Virus record (IMG/VR): IMGVR_UViG_2786546475_000015 | Coordinates: 1 to 64,000 of that record | Strand: one strand, 5' to 3' | Length of the DNA stretch: 64,000 bases | Source: a virus | Taxonomy: Duplodnaviria > Caudoviricetes | Part shown: positions 1-7,909 of the stretch, one piece after another | Layout of the letters: every line of letters begins with the position of its first letter | Numbering within the stretch: the first letter of the stretch is position 1 | The notes under the pieces: generated by a model | Told to the model about the DNA's origin: nothing | Seen by the model: the letters and a program-made list of their open reading frames with translations, nothing else | The model's database searches: none | Made by a program: the position numbers and the translations under genes

Positions 1-70
1 ATTAGCTCAGTGGTAGAGCAATCGGCTGTTAACCGATAGGTCGTTGGTTCGAATCCAACATCCCCCGCCA
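1..70 (+). tRNA. tRNA-Asn(GTT), 5' end cut by window edge
   Basis: D-arm gctc/gagc, anticodon loop ctGTTaa, TTCGAAT T-loop, encoded CCA. Confidence 0.93.
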
Positions 71-76
71 AATTTT

Positions 77-152
77 AGGGGTATAGCCAAGTTGGTAAGG
101 CATCGGGTTTTGATCCCGACATTCGCAAGTTCGAGTCTTGCTACCCCTTCCA
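77..152 (+). tRNA. tRNA-Gln(TTG)
   Basis: Acceptor aggggta/tacccct, anticodon arm tcggg-ttTTGat-cccga, CCA. Confidence 0.93.
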
Positions 153-211
153 GTTTAATCAAAAACCTAGTACCATAGGGTAGTCGTGATCGAGGTTCAG
201 CGACAATCATT

Positions 212-286
212 GCTTGGGTGTCAGAATGTGTTATGTGCGGGATTGCAAACCCCGTTATGTCGGTTCGAATCCGATCCCAAGCTCCA
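212..286 (+). tRNA. tRNA-Cys(GCA)
   Basis: Acceptor gcttggg/cccaagc, U73, loop ttGCAaa, CCA. Confidence 0.9.
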
Positions 287-307
287 AATCATTATGAAAG
301 GTATATT

Positions 308-496
308 ATGAATTTTAGAATCGGAACGTCAGTGATTTATATCGGTTGTCCTAAAAAACACGAACATTTGATGAATAAGTGGAAAATTACAGACCGATTT
401 AAAATGAGTAGTTGTTATATTTACGTTTTACAAAACGAACAAGATGGTAGTGTAGTTGAAAAAGATGTACCACATTACTGTTTAGATAAAGTTTAA
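308..496 (+). CDS. small hypothetical protein in tRNA cluster
   Basis: gaaagg RBS before ATG 308; the longer ORF-track start overlaps tRNA-Cys. Confidence 0.7.
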   Translation: MNFRIGTSVIYIGCPKKHEHLMNKWKITDRFKMSSCYIYVLQNEQDGSVVEKDVPHYCLDKV

Positions 497-497
497 T

Positions 498-585
498 GGG
501 CTTGTGGTGAAATTGGTAGACGCGCTAGATTTAGAATCTAGTACCCGTAACGGGTGTGTGGGTTCGAATCCCACCAAGCCCACCA
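498..585 (+). tRNA. tRNA-Leu(TAG)
   Basis: ctaga-ttTAGaa-tctag, long variable arm, A73, CCA. Confidence 0.93.
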
Positions 586-600
586 AATTGTGAAAATGAT

Positions 601-918
601 ATGTTAAAATTTGATTATTCTGAAAATGTAATTTACTCATACGACGATTATAGTTTAGTTGTCGTTGATAAAGTTTTGTACGTTTTTCGTAACGAATTTA
701 CTAGAAAGATTTCTAGTCATATTTCTGGTGGCTGGAAATCGCCGTTGTTATATAGTAGTGATGCTGTTTACACATCGGAAAAATGTATTAGGAATCGATT
801 AATAGACTTAGAAACAGCGGATTTTGTTTACAAAACAATGGGTAGACTTATAATTTCGGAAAAAGATTTACAAAACGTTAAGTCTGATATTAAAGAACTA
901 GTTAATAAAGTGTTGTAA
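601..918 (+). CDS. hypothetical protein
   Basis: ORF between tRNAs; first ATG after the tRNA. Confidence 0.65.
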   Translation: MLKFDYSENVIYSYDDYSLVVVDKVLYVFRNEFTRKISSHISGGWKSPLLYSSDAVYTSEKCIRNRLIDLETADFVYKTMGRLIISEKDLQNVKSDIKELVNKVL

Positions 919-963
919 CCGTATTGGGTTACAAATCAAAATGTAACTTAATACAGTTACCAT

Positions 964-1051
964 CGGGGTATGGTGAAATTGGTAAACGCAGTAGACTTAA
1001 AATCTACCGACTGTAACAGTCTTGTCGGTTCGAATCCGACTACCCCGACCA
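964..1051 (+). tRNA. tRNA-Leu(TAA)
   Basis: gtaga-ctTAAaa-tctac, long variable arm, CCA. Confidence 0.93.
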
Positions 1052-1057
1052 AATTTA

Positions 1058-1155
1058 GGTAGGTTGAGCCGAAAGATTACAGGGTAACGGCAACGGTCTT
1101 GAAAACCGTCTGCTCTTAACAGGGCGTGTGAGTTCGAATCTCACACCTACCGCCA
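1058..1155 (+). tRNA. tRNA-Ser(TGA) with enlarged D-loop
   Basis: Acceptor ggtaggt/acctacc, G73, acggt-ctTGAaa-accgt, long variable arm, CCA. Confidence 0.88.
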
Positions 1156-1171
1156 AAATAAGTGAGTTATT

Positions 1172-2145
1172 ATGATTAGGTTTTATCCAAGAAATATTGG
1201 TAAGTGGAGAGGTCAATTTGATTTTTCTGATAGAATTACTTTAGAGGTCAAGGAACTAAAATCCTCTAAAGACTTTTATGATAGAAACGAACTTATAGAG
1301 TTTTTAAAGTCTAATGGAGTAAGACTTGATGATCCTAGACGCCCACTAAAATTTGAAGAAATGGAACATACTCAATTTGGTAGATGTTATGTAGTACATC
1401 AATGGACTGTACTTGGATGGTTTACCGACGATTTTAAGTGAGTTATTATGATTAAAATATTTTGTGATGGTAAAGGTTGTGGTGAAGAATTAGAACGTTA
1501 TAATACTGTTCAAGTTCCTTATCATGTTACTAGACCAGTAAGTGAAGCTGGATATGTAGATAACGACATGAACCGTGTGAGTGGTAGGATGATCGAATAT
1601 CACTTATGCAATAAATGTAGTAATAAATTTTATTACGCCGCTTTTGATATCGTTTTTAAGTGAGTTGTTTATGAATAAATATCTAGTTACTAGTTCCCAA
1701 ACTCATTTCATTTATAATGAGGAAAAATCAACCGTAAAATGTACGCATGGTGAATGGTCGGGAAAAATTAAATTTAACGATGATGGTTCATGTGTTATAG
1801 ACGTAGGTTTCACAAAACTTAATTATGATTCATACGAATTTACGGAATTTGGGGGCATATACGAATATATGAGTAATAGTCATGAATAAATTATTAATGA
1901 GTCGTGATAATCATAATGGTTGGAAACTCGAAGAATTATTACAAACCATTATTGATGATTTGAATCATAAAAACAGTTTGATCGAACATGACGAATGTGA
2001 AGTTTCTAAGAACGTTCAACTAAATAATAATAGAATCATTGAATTGTTGAAGTATTCTATTGGTGTCCAAAACAACACTTTGGATTTGTTAGATAGTGTT
2101 GGAGAAGATGAAGGCGTTACTGGTAAACCACGAATTGGTGGTTGA
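1172..2145 (+). other. four small hypothetical CDSs (1172-1441, 1448-1663 with two Cys pairs, 1671-1889, 1882-2145)
   Basis: Tightly packed ORFs; three share the leader taagtgagtt(a/g)tt(t)atg. Confidence 0.7.
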
Positions 2146-2151
2146 ATGAAC

Positions 2152-2159
2152 ACTAAATA
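2152..2159 (+). promoter_or_regulatory. T4-type late promoter variant (ACTAAATA)
   Basis: Resembles TATAAATA; precedes a CTS-bearing ORF; same octamer at 4254 precedes gp67-like gene. Confidence 0.6.
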
Positions 2160-2164
2160 AGTGT

Positions 2165-2329
2165 ATGAAAACATTTAATCAATTCATACAAGAAAAAATA
2201 TCCAAAGAGAACGGTAAGTGGGTATTGCGTAGTAAACGTACTGGTAAAGTTTTGGGTACTCATGATAGTGAACAAGACGCTATCGATCAAGAAATCGCTA
2301 TTCAAATTTCGAAAAAGGAACGTAAATGA
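2165..2329 (+). CDS. putative internal head protein (54 aa) with capsid-targeting sequence; absent from ORF track
   Basis: MKTFNQFIQE-KISKENGKWVLRSKRTGKVLGTH...; N-terminus matches T4 internal-protein CTS MKTYQEFIAE. Confidence 0.75.
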   Translation: MKTFNQFIQEKISKENGKWVLRSKRTGKVLGTHDSEQDAIDQEIAIQISKKERK

Positions 2330-2457
2330 AAACTTACAAATATTTAGAAAATGAAGTTACTAATCCTAGTGCAGAAACTATTATTGGTGGCGGTACTAAA
2401 TGTATCGGTTATGGTGCTGGTAGTACTCATACGTTAGTAGGTTTTACAGGTGCGTGA
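2326..2457 (+). CDS. 43 aa Gly-rich micro-protein
   Basis: ATGA coupling to previous ORF; MKTYKYLENE...GGGTKCIGYGAGSTH. Confidence 0.5.
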   Translation: MKTYKYLENEVTNPSAETIIGGGTKCIGYGAGSTHTLVGFTGA

Positions 2458-2608
2458 AGAAGATCACCCTGTAATAAAATTTACTGATGTGCGAAGAATA
2501 TTGGGGTTAACAAGAGAATGGATATGACTAAAGAACTTTCACAAGAACAGAAACAGTTGATTAAGCAAGCTTATCAATGCCTTGATACGATCCAGCGTTA
2601 TTTAGACA

Positions 2609-2707
2609 ATGTTGAAGCGCAACACGGTTAACGTTGGTACACTTGGTCATGTAGACCAAATAGAGTTTCGTTCTTATTTACAGAATATAAGGATTTACTA
2701 TGAGTAA
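2609..2707 (+). CDS. 32 aa micro-ORF containing EF-Tu G1-adjacent motif VNVGTLGHVD
   Basis: Manual translation MLKRNTVNVGTLGHVDQIEFRSYLQNIRIYYE; weak RBS. Confidence 0.4.
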   Translation: MLKRNTVNVGTLGHVDQIEFRSYLQNIRIYYE

Positions 2708-2989
2708 ATCAGATTATGACAAAGCGATGTTTTATATCGATAATATTGTCGATTGCTTAAATGATATCGCTATTAAGGTTGGTCATCCGACTTTCGATGA
2801 AAACCCCGAACACAAAGTTAAAGGAATGTAATGAATCCTTTTGTTGAAGAAATTGAAGAATTGTATGTAGCTCTAGCTAATAACAATTTGACACCAGATA
2901 AAAAGCAAAAATTGTTGGTGTATTTAGAAGGTATGACCAAAATAGATACACCAGAAAAAGTACAAATATTTAATGAACTTGTTAGTTAA
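2700..2989 (+). other. two coupled micro-ORFs (2700-2831, 2831-2989)
   Basis: aagga RBSs, TAATG coupling. Confidence 0.55.
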
Positions 2990-2995
2990 ATTATC

Positions 2996-3148
2996 GGAGA
3001 GTCACTACCGTTAAGTGTGGAGTTAAAAGATTGGATAGCAACGAATGGTGGTAGGACAGCCCCATGTAAAAAACAGAAATGTCCAGACAGAGTGTGAATA
3101 ACGTTTAATTCTTCGTTCGGAGATAGACACTTAAAAATTGTATTCTCT
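2996..3148 (+). ncRNA. putative ~150 nt structured ncRNA in tRNA cluster
   Basis: ORF-free; nested helices ggagagt/attctct, ttaagtgt/acacttaa, ggagttaaa/tttaattct, ggaca/tgtcc. Confidence 0.5.
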
Positions 3149-3231
3149 AAAAATAGAATTATTTTAACATTAGGCTTTAACCCGCCGAATACATATGCGA
3201 TTCGGGTATCATTAGAGTCTAATATTAAAAT

Positions 3232-3307
3232 GGGAATGAGGTGTAATTGGTTGCATAACCCCCTGTCACGGGGTAGGTAGCGGGATCGTAACCCGTCATT
3301 CCCGCCA
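3232..3307 (+). tRNA. tRNA-Asp(GTC)
   Basis: acccc-ctGTCac-ggggt, G73, CCA; T-loop ATCGTAA. Confidence 0.9.
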
Positions 3308-3313
3308 AATTTA

Positions 3314-3389
3314 GGTGGTATAGTTCAAATGGTAGAACGCTTCCTTTGTAACGAAGATGTTGTGGGTTCAAGTCCTACTACCACCACCA
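3314..3389 (+). tRNA. tRNA-Thr(TGT), atypical
   Basis: 76 nt cloverleaf, loop ttTGTaa, C31-C39 mismatch, CCA. Confidence 0.8.
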
Positions 3390-3395
3390 GTTAAT

Positions 3396-3472
3396 GCGGG
3401 TGTAACTCAGTCTGGTAGAGTCGGTGATTTCCAATCACTCGGTCGCAGGTTCAAATCCTGTCACCCGCTCCA
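3396..3472 (+). tRNA. tRNA-Gly(TCC)
   Basis: gcgggtg/cacccgc, U73, loop ttTCCaa, CCA. Confidence 0.93.
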
Positions 3473-3473
3473 A

Positions 3474-3547
3474 GCGGTAATAGTATAACGGTATTATGGG
3501 TGGTTGCCAGCCACCAGATTCGAGTTCGATTCTCGATTGCCGCACCA
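3474..3547 (+). tRNA. tRNA-Gly(GCC)
   Basis: ggtgg-ttGCCag-ccacc, A73, CCA. Confidence 0.88.
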
Positions 3548-3570
3548 AATTAAATATGGGCGTAGTTTAG

Positions 3571-4131
3571 ATGGAAGATTTTTATAATATACCAAATATA
3601 AAGAATTATTTAATTAACGATAGCGGATCGGTTTATTCTTTATATAAGAATATTATTTTAAAATCTTTCTTAAATAATCGTGGATATGAAGAAGTAGTAT
3701 TACGAGTAAATAAAAAGCCTAGACATTTTTTAGTTCATAGACTAGTTTCTAGCGTCTTTTTGGGTTTGGATTTAAACGATACATTGACTCAAGTAGATCA
3801 TATAAATTCCGATAAAACTGATAACCGTTTAGATAATTTAAGATTGGTTAGTAGTGTAGAAAATGTTAGGTATTATTTAGATGGGTGTGGTTATCCTATC
3901 AGGGTCAAGAGTTGTAAGAAATGTAAATCCAAATTCAGAGATAGAACTGAACAAAATAATAGAATTTATTGCAAGAAATGTAAATCAATCGTTTATGGAA
4001 TAGATATATCAAAAGAAGAAATTGATAAATTAATTGAATCTGAAGGAAGTTGGGTTCAGGCTGCAAAAGTTTTAAATTTGTCTGATAATGGATTAAGAAA
4101 AATTTATAAAAGAAAATTAATAACCGTGTAA
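3571..4131 (+). mobile_element. free-standing HNH homing endonuclease
   Basis: NUMOD4-like N-terminus, VHRLV...VDHINSDKTDNRLDNL HNH motif, CxxC..CxxC and C-terminal HTH-like segment. Confidence 0.9.
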
Positions 4132-4204
4132 CCGCATTAAGCTACGAACTTAGTAAGCGTAATTGGAGTTGAAAATGTAGGTTCGAGTCCTATCACGGTT
4201 GCCA
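4122..4204 (+). ncRNA. tRNA-like element lacking D-arm (anticodon-like ACG, Arg)
   Basis: Acceptor aaccgtg/cacggtt+G-CCA, T-arm gtagg-ttcgagt-cctat, stem-loop ttaag-ctACGaa-cttag; only 8 nt where the D-arm should be. Confidence 0.65.
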
Positions 4205-4208
4205 ATAC

Positions 4209-4235
4209 AAACCCTAGCTTTGTCTAGGGTTTTTT
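4209..4235 (+). terminator. intrinsic terminator ending tRNA operon
   Basis: aaaccctag-ctttgt-ctagggttttt. Confidence 0.85.
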
Positions 4236-4253
4236 AATGTCTAAAAAATGACA

Positions 4254-4261
4254 ACTAAATA
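4254..4261 (+). promoter_or_regulatory. T4-type late promoter variant (ACTAAATA)
   Basis: Directly after a terminator and before a head-core gene. Confidence 0.65.
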
Positions 4262-4291
4262 ATAGTATACAATTATTAATGAGGATATGTT

Positions 4292-4648
4292 ATGAGCTTA
4301 GAACTATTAGAAGCCGCAGATAATAAAAAATTCAAACAATTCAAAACCCTTTATCAAGAAAACATGAATAAGAAAGTTATGGAACGTGTTGAACAAGCCA
4401 AAGCTAAAATTCTTGGTAATTCTTTGATCGAGGGTGAAGAAGTACAAGAAGAAGAACTAGACGAAGATACGTTATCTATCGATGTTACGCGTGTTGAAAA
4501 TATCGAAGAATCGCTTAAATCATTGTCTAATCTTGGTGTAGACGCTGAATATGATGAAGATGAACATCGTGTTTATGTTGAAAATACCGACGAAAACAAA
4601 GAACTATGTGAAACATGGTGTAATCGTTTCGACGGAAAAATTCTATAA
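4292..4648 (+). CDS. 67: prohead core protein gp67-like with C-terminal extension
   Basis: N-terminal half resembles T4 gp67 (LLEA...KAKILGNSLIEGEE plus acidic tract). Confidence 0.65.
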   Translation: MSLELLEAADNKKFKQFKTLYQENMNKKVMERVEQAKAKILGNSLIEGEEVQEEELDEDTLSIDVTRVENIEESLKSLSNLGVDAEYDEDEHRVYVENTDENKELCETWCNRFDGKIL

Positions 4649-4670
4649 TAAAAATAATAAGAATGCAATT

Positions 4671-4695
4671 AGCCCCATTAAATGGGGCTTTTTTG
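4671..4695 (+). terminator. intrinsic terminator
   Basis: agccccatt-a-aatggggct followed by T-tract. Confidence 0.85.
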
Positions 4696-4755
4696 TTTCT
4701 GAACCATTTTAATGTGTTATCATATCTATGAACTAATCAAAGAGGTATATTTGTA

Positions 4756-5400
4756 ATGAGTAATGAAATGGATAACATCATCGACGAATGCATGAGCGAC
4801 TATAACGAAATTAAAGACGTTCATAATCCATTGTTGGGTAAATTGTCAAAGATTTTTAAAAATTATTATGGTGTTGATACTGGCGTATACAAAACGTTAG
4901 TCAAACATGATTATAAAACGGGTGATGTACCAGAACCCGGAAAAGCTAACGAATTTGCTAAATATTTAGATATGTTTGGTCAATTAATGCGTTTTTATTC
5001 TGTTATGGAGCGCGACGACGAAATCGTTTCTTATTTGAATAAAAATTTCGGTTTGAATATTTCTATGAACCCGCAAAAACCTGTACAAGCTGGTGACATT
5101 AAAAAGGCGGGTAAGTTGTTAACAGAAGTTTATGGTAACGATGCTTATTTGAACGATCCAGATAATATGCTAAAAACTATTGTACGCGCTGGTGTCGAAA
5201 CAAATGAAATGATTGATTTGTCGAAAGCTGAAATTGAAGCTATCGCGGAAAAATCAGAATTACCATTAACTTATTTGAATAAGTTGTTGGCTATTCGATA
5301 CGCTAAAGAATCGGGTAAAGAAGTTGACAATAAAATCGAAAAAATCGATGAAACTATTGAATATCATCAGAAGTTGTATGATTTAGCTTCTGGTTTATAA
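4756..5400 (+). CDS. hypothetical protein, possibly DsbA-like dsDNA-binding helical repeats
   Basis: gaggt RBS; two segments loosely recall T4 DsbA. Confidence 0.55.
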   Translation: MSNEMDNIIDECMSDYNEIKDVHNPLLGKLSKIFKNYYGVDTGVYKTLVKHDYKTGDVPEPGKANEFAKYLDMFGQLMRFYSVMERDDEIVSYLNKNFGLNISMNPQKPVQAGDIKKAGKLLTEVYGNDAYLNDPDNMLKTIVRAGVETNEMIDLSKAEIEAIAEKSELPLTYLNKLLAIRYAKESGKEVDNKIEKIDETIEYHQKLYDLASGL

Positions 5401-5409
5401 GGATTTATT

Positions 5410-5850
5410 ATGGACTATGACGTAATTAGAAAAGTCATAGAAAATAGTTCGGATGCTACCGCAATCTATGTAGGTTGCGATAGCAAACGTAAAAAGAAGA
5501 AGTTAATTTACGTTACCACGGTTGTCGTTCATTATGATAGTAATCGTGGCGCTACTGTTTTCGTTGACAAACAAGTTGAAAGGTATATCGGTGTTTTTCC
5601 GAAGTTACAAGGCGAAATATACAAAGCCGCAGAAGTAGCGAAAGAAATTAAAACTATGGTTGGAACGCGTAAATTTGAGGTTCATTTAGATTTCAACCAC
5701 AACATCAAGTACCAATCTAATAAATTAATTCCAGAAGCCAAAGGTGCTATTATGGGTATCGTTGGTGTTGAACCTAAATTTAAACCCGATGCTTGGGCGG
5801 CGAGTACATGTGCTGATAAGTATACGGTTAACGGTGGTATGGTGAAGTGA
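5410..5850 (+). CDS. RNase H-like (YkuK/DUF458) protein
   Basis: IYVGCDS...EVHLDFN...KPDAWAASTCAD motifs. Confidence 0.85.
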   Translation: MDYDVIRKVIENSSDATAIYVGCDSKRKKKKLIYVTTVVVHYDSNRGATVFVDKQVERYIGVFPKLQGEIYKAAEVAKEIKTMVGTRKFEVHLDFNHNIKYQSNKLIPEAKGAIMGIVGVEPKFKPDAWAASTCADKYTVNGGMVK

Positions 5851-6033
5851 TGAAAGTAAATGTTAGTATTGATGTAGACGAGTCTAAGTTATTTGGGGAT
5901 GTTACTGAACGGTTTATAGGTGAAAAGTATAATACTGAAACTAGAACCCGTATCAGACGCTATGTTTGGGATTGTATCAATGATAAAATACTTGATAATA
6001 CAATCGGAGAATATATTGAGGTTAATGTAGATT

Positions 6034-6975
6034 ATGAAATTATGTGAAATTATTCATGGTAGCCATCTTTACGGATTGAACACACCAGATAGCGATATTG
6101 ATAAGAAAGGTGTTTTCTTACCCGATCGTAAAGATATTCTACTACAAAGAGCGAGCAAATCTGTTAAATCTTCTACTGGTAACGATACTAGTAAAAATGG
6201 TGCTGGTGACGAAGATTTTGAGTTTTATAGCTTGCATTATTTTATTCAACTCGCATTAAAGGGTGAAATGATTGCATTTGATATGCTACATGCGCCTGTA
6301 CAGAGTTGTGAAAGCGTTTGGCGTGAGTTAGTAGCCAATCGGTCATGGTTCTATACAAAAGACGTTAGAAGCTATATAGGGTACGCTAGAAAACAGGTCG
6401 CTAAGTATGGACAGAAAGGTAGTCGGTTAGCTAACTTACGTCAGGTTATTGATGTAGTCGATAGATTACTTTATTCTGTACCGTCAGTAAAAAATGAAAA
6501 GTTATCCGAAATCATCGATTATTTGCCTAATGATGAATTCGTTTTTCCTATCGGTGATGAACATGGTAATCGTTATTATGAAGTACTAGGCTCTAAACAC
6601 CAAGATACGACAAAGGTAGAACATTTTATCAATCGTATCAGAAATACTTACAATAAATATGGTCACAGGGCTAAGAAAGCTGAAAAGAATGAAGGTGTGG
6701 ATTGGAAAGCGGTAAGTCATAGCTTTAGAGCATGTTACCAACTAATTCAATTATATACTCAAGGTACAATGACATTCCCGATCCCGAACCGAGAAGAAGT
6801 TTTATCGGTTAAATTGGGTGAAAAAGATTACAAAGGGTATGTCGAACCTAAGTTAAATGATTTGATGGAGCAAGTTGAAGAACTCGCTAAAAATAGTAAC
6901 TTTCCAGATAAACCAGACCGAAAATCGGCTGAAAACTTTGTAGCTAATGTTTATTACGATTATTTGAGGTCATAA
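6034..6975 (+). CDS. nrdC.11: nucleotidyltransferase, T4 NrdC.11-like
   Basis: HGSHLYGLNTPDSDIDKKGVFLP, DWKAVSHSFR. Confidence 0.88.
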   Translation: MKLCEIIHGSHLYGLNTPDSDIDKKGVFLPDRKDILLQRASKSVKSSTGNDTSKNGAGDEDFEFYSLHYFIQLALKGEMIAFDMLHAPVQSCESVWRELVANRSWFYTKDVRSYIGYARKQVAKYGQKGSRLANLRQVIDVVDRLLYSVPSVKNEKLSEIIDYLPNDEFVFPIGDEHGNRYYEVLGSKHQDTTKVEHFINRIRNTYNKYGHRAKKAEKNEGVDWKAVSHSFRACYQLIQLYTQGTMTFPIPNREEVLSVKLGEKDYKGYVEPKLNDLMEQVEELAKNSNFPDKPDRKSAENFVANVYYDYLRS

Positions 6976-7217
6976 TGGTAGAAATTTTTGGATTTGATGA
7001 ACGTATCAAAAAATGTCGATCATGTATTAACGCTAAACGATTTTGTAAAGTTAAGAACATAGATTATACATTTCATTCAGTAAACGATGATGATAATCTA
7101 AAATTGTTAATGTCTAAAATGGGTTTAGAAGAAAGTCGTGGTTTAACTATGCCGCAGATTTTTGATGATGGAAAACATATTGGTGGGTTCACTGATTTTA
7201 AAAAATATAAAAAATAA
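6975..7217 (+). CDS. nrdC: glutaredoxin/thioredoxin NrdC
   Basis: CRSC, GLTMPQIF..HIGGF as in T4 NrdC. Confidence 0.93.
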   Translation: MVEIFGFDERIKKCRSCINAKRFCKVKNIDYTFHSVNDDDNLKLLMSKMGLEESRGLTMPQIFDDGKHIGGFTDFKKYKK

Positions 7218-7221
7218 TGAT

Positions 7222-7292
7222 AAAAGCCCTTGCATCGCAGGGGCTTTTTTGTTACCATGTATTTGTCGGTTGGGAAAACAAAGGAGATCATT
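7222..7292 (+). promoter_or_regulatory. PeSL-like terminator/early-promoter cassette, copy 1
   Basis: Hairpin aagcccttgc-atc-gcaggggcttt containing TTGCAT; TG-n-TACCAT; aaggag RBS. Confidence 0.8.
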
Positions 7293-7909
7293 ATGAGTTC
7301 AGTAGTTATTAAACGTGAAATCGATTCAAACGGTTATTTTTATGTTGTTTATGTAAATGATTCTTATGTTACTGATTATTACGACGAATCAAAAGCCGTT
7401 AAAGAAGCTGAATATTTAGGTAATGGCGATTATTGTAAGGATTATAGCTTGTAATTTAAATCCACCTATGTTACCATGTATTTGTCGGTTGGGAAAACAA
7501 ACAAAGGAGTTCATATGTATAAAGTTACAGTAACAAATATTCCAAACAAGCGTAATAGCACTAAAGTTATTTCAGCAGTAAAGCGTGATACTGTAATGCG
7601 TCGATTGAAAGAGTTAGCTAATTCTATCCCTATGTTCTATGCTTACATGGGTAGTTACGAAAATGGTGGAACTTTGACTGTACAGACAGGAGTATGGGAT
7701 TAATGAGTATTTTAGAACGTATGCATCAAAATCGGTTGTCTGAATTACGTGGTATGAACGAATATTACGAAGAAAAGCTTAGAACCGATTTAGAAGAATG
7801 GGAAAAGCGTGAATATGAAATCGTTTTAGCCGACAATAAGCGTAATCTAAAAGATTTGCAATCACTTGTTCAGTTCTGTAAGGAGAATGGTTATTATGAC
7901 ACAGTTTGA
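7293..7909 (+). other. three small early CDSs (7293-7454, 7515-7703, ~7703-7909)
   Basis: aaggag RBSs define starts shorter than in the ORF track. Confidence 0.7.

Noticed and set aside
161-204. preQ1 riboswitch or theta/HDV-like ribozyme
   Set aside because: Only a superficial gaggttc match; element order and core motifs do not fit.
7-600. ORF-track entry 7..210(-) and the 5' extensions of 218..496 and 556..918
   Set aside because: They overlap clear tRNA genes; the real starts are downstream (308, 601).
1882-2145. Possible Acb2/Tad1-like sponge protein
   Set aside because: Resemblance limited to a generic NG..LEELL helix; not enough to support the call.
3314-3389. Reading this tRNA as Tyr(GTA)
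   Set aside because: Standard numbering places TGT at 34-36 and there is no long variable arm.
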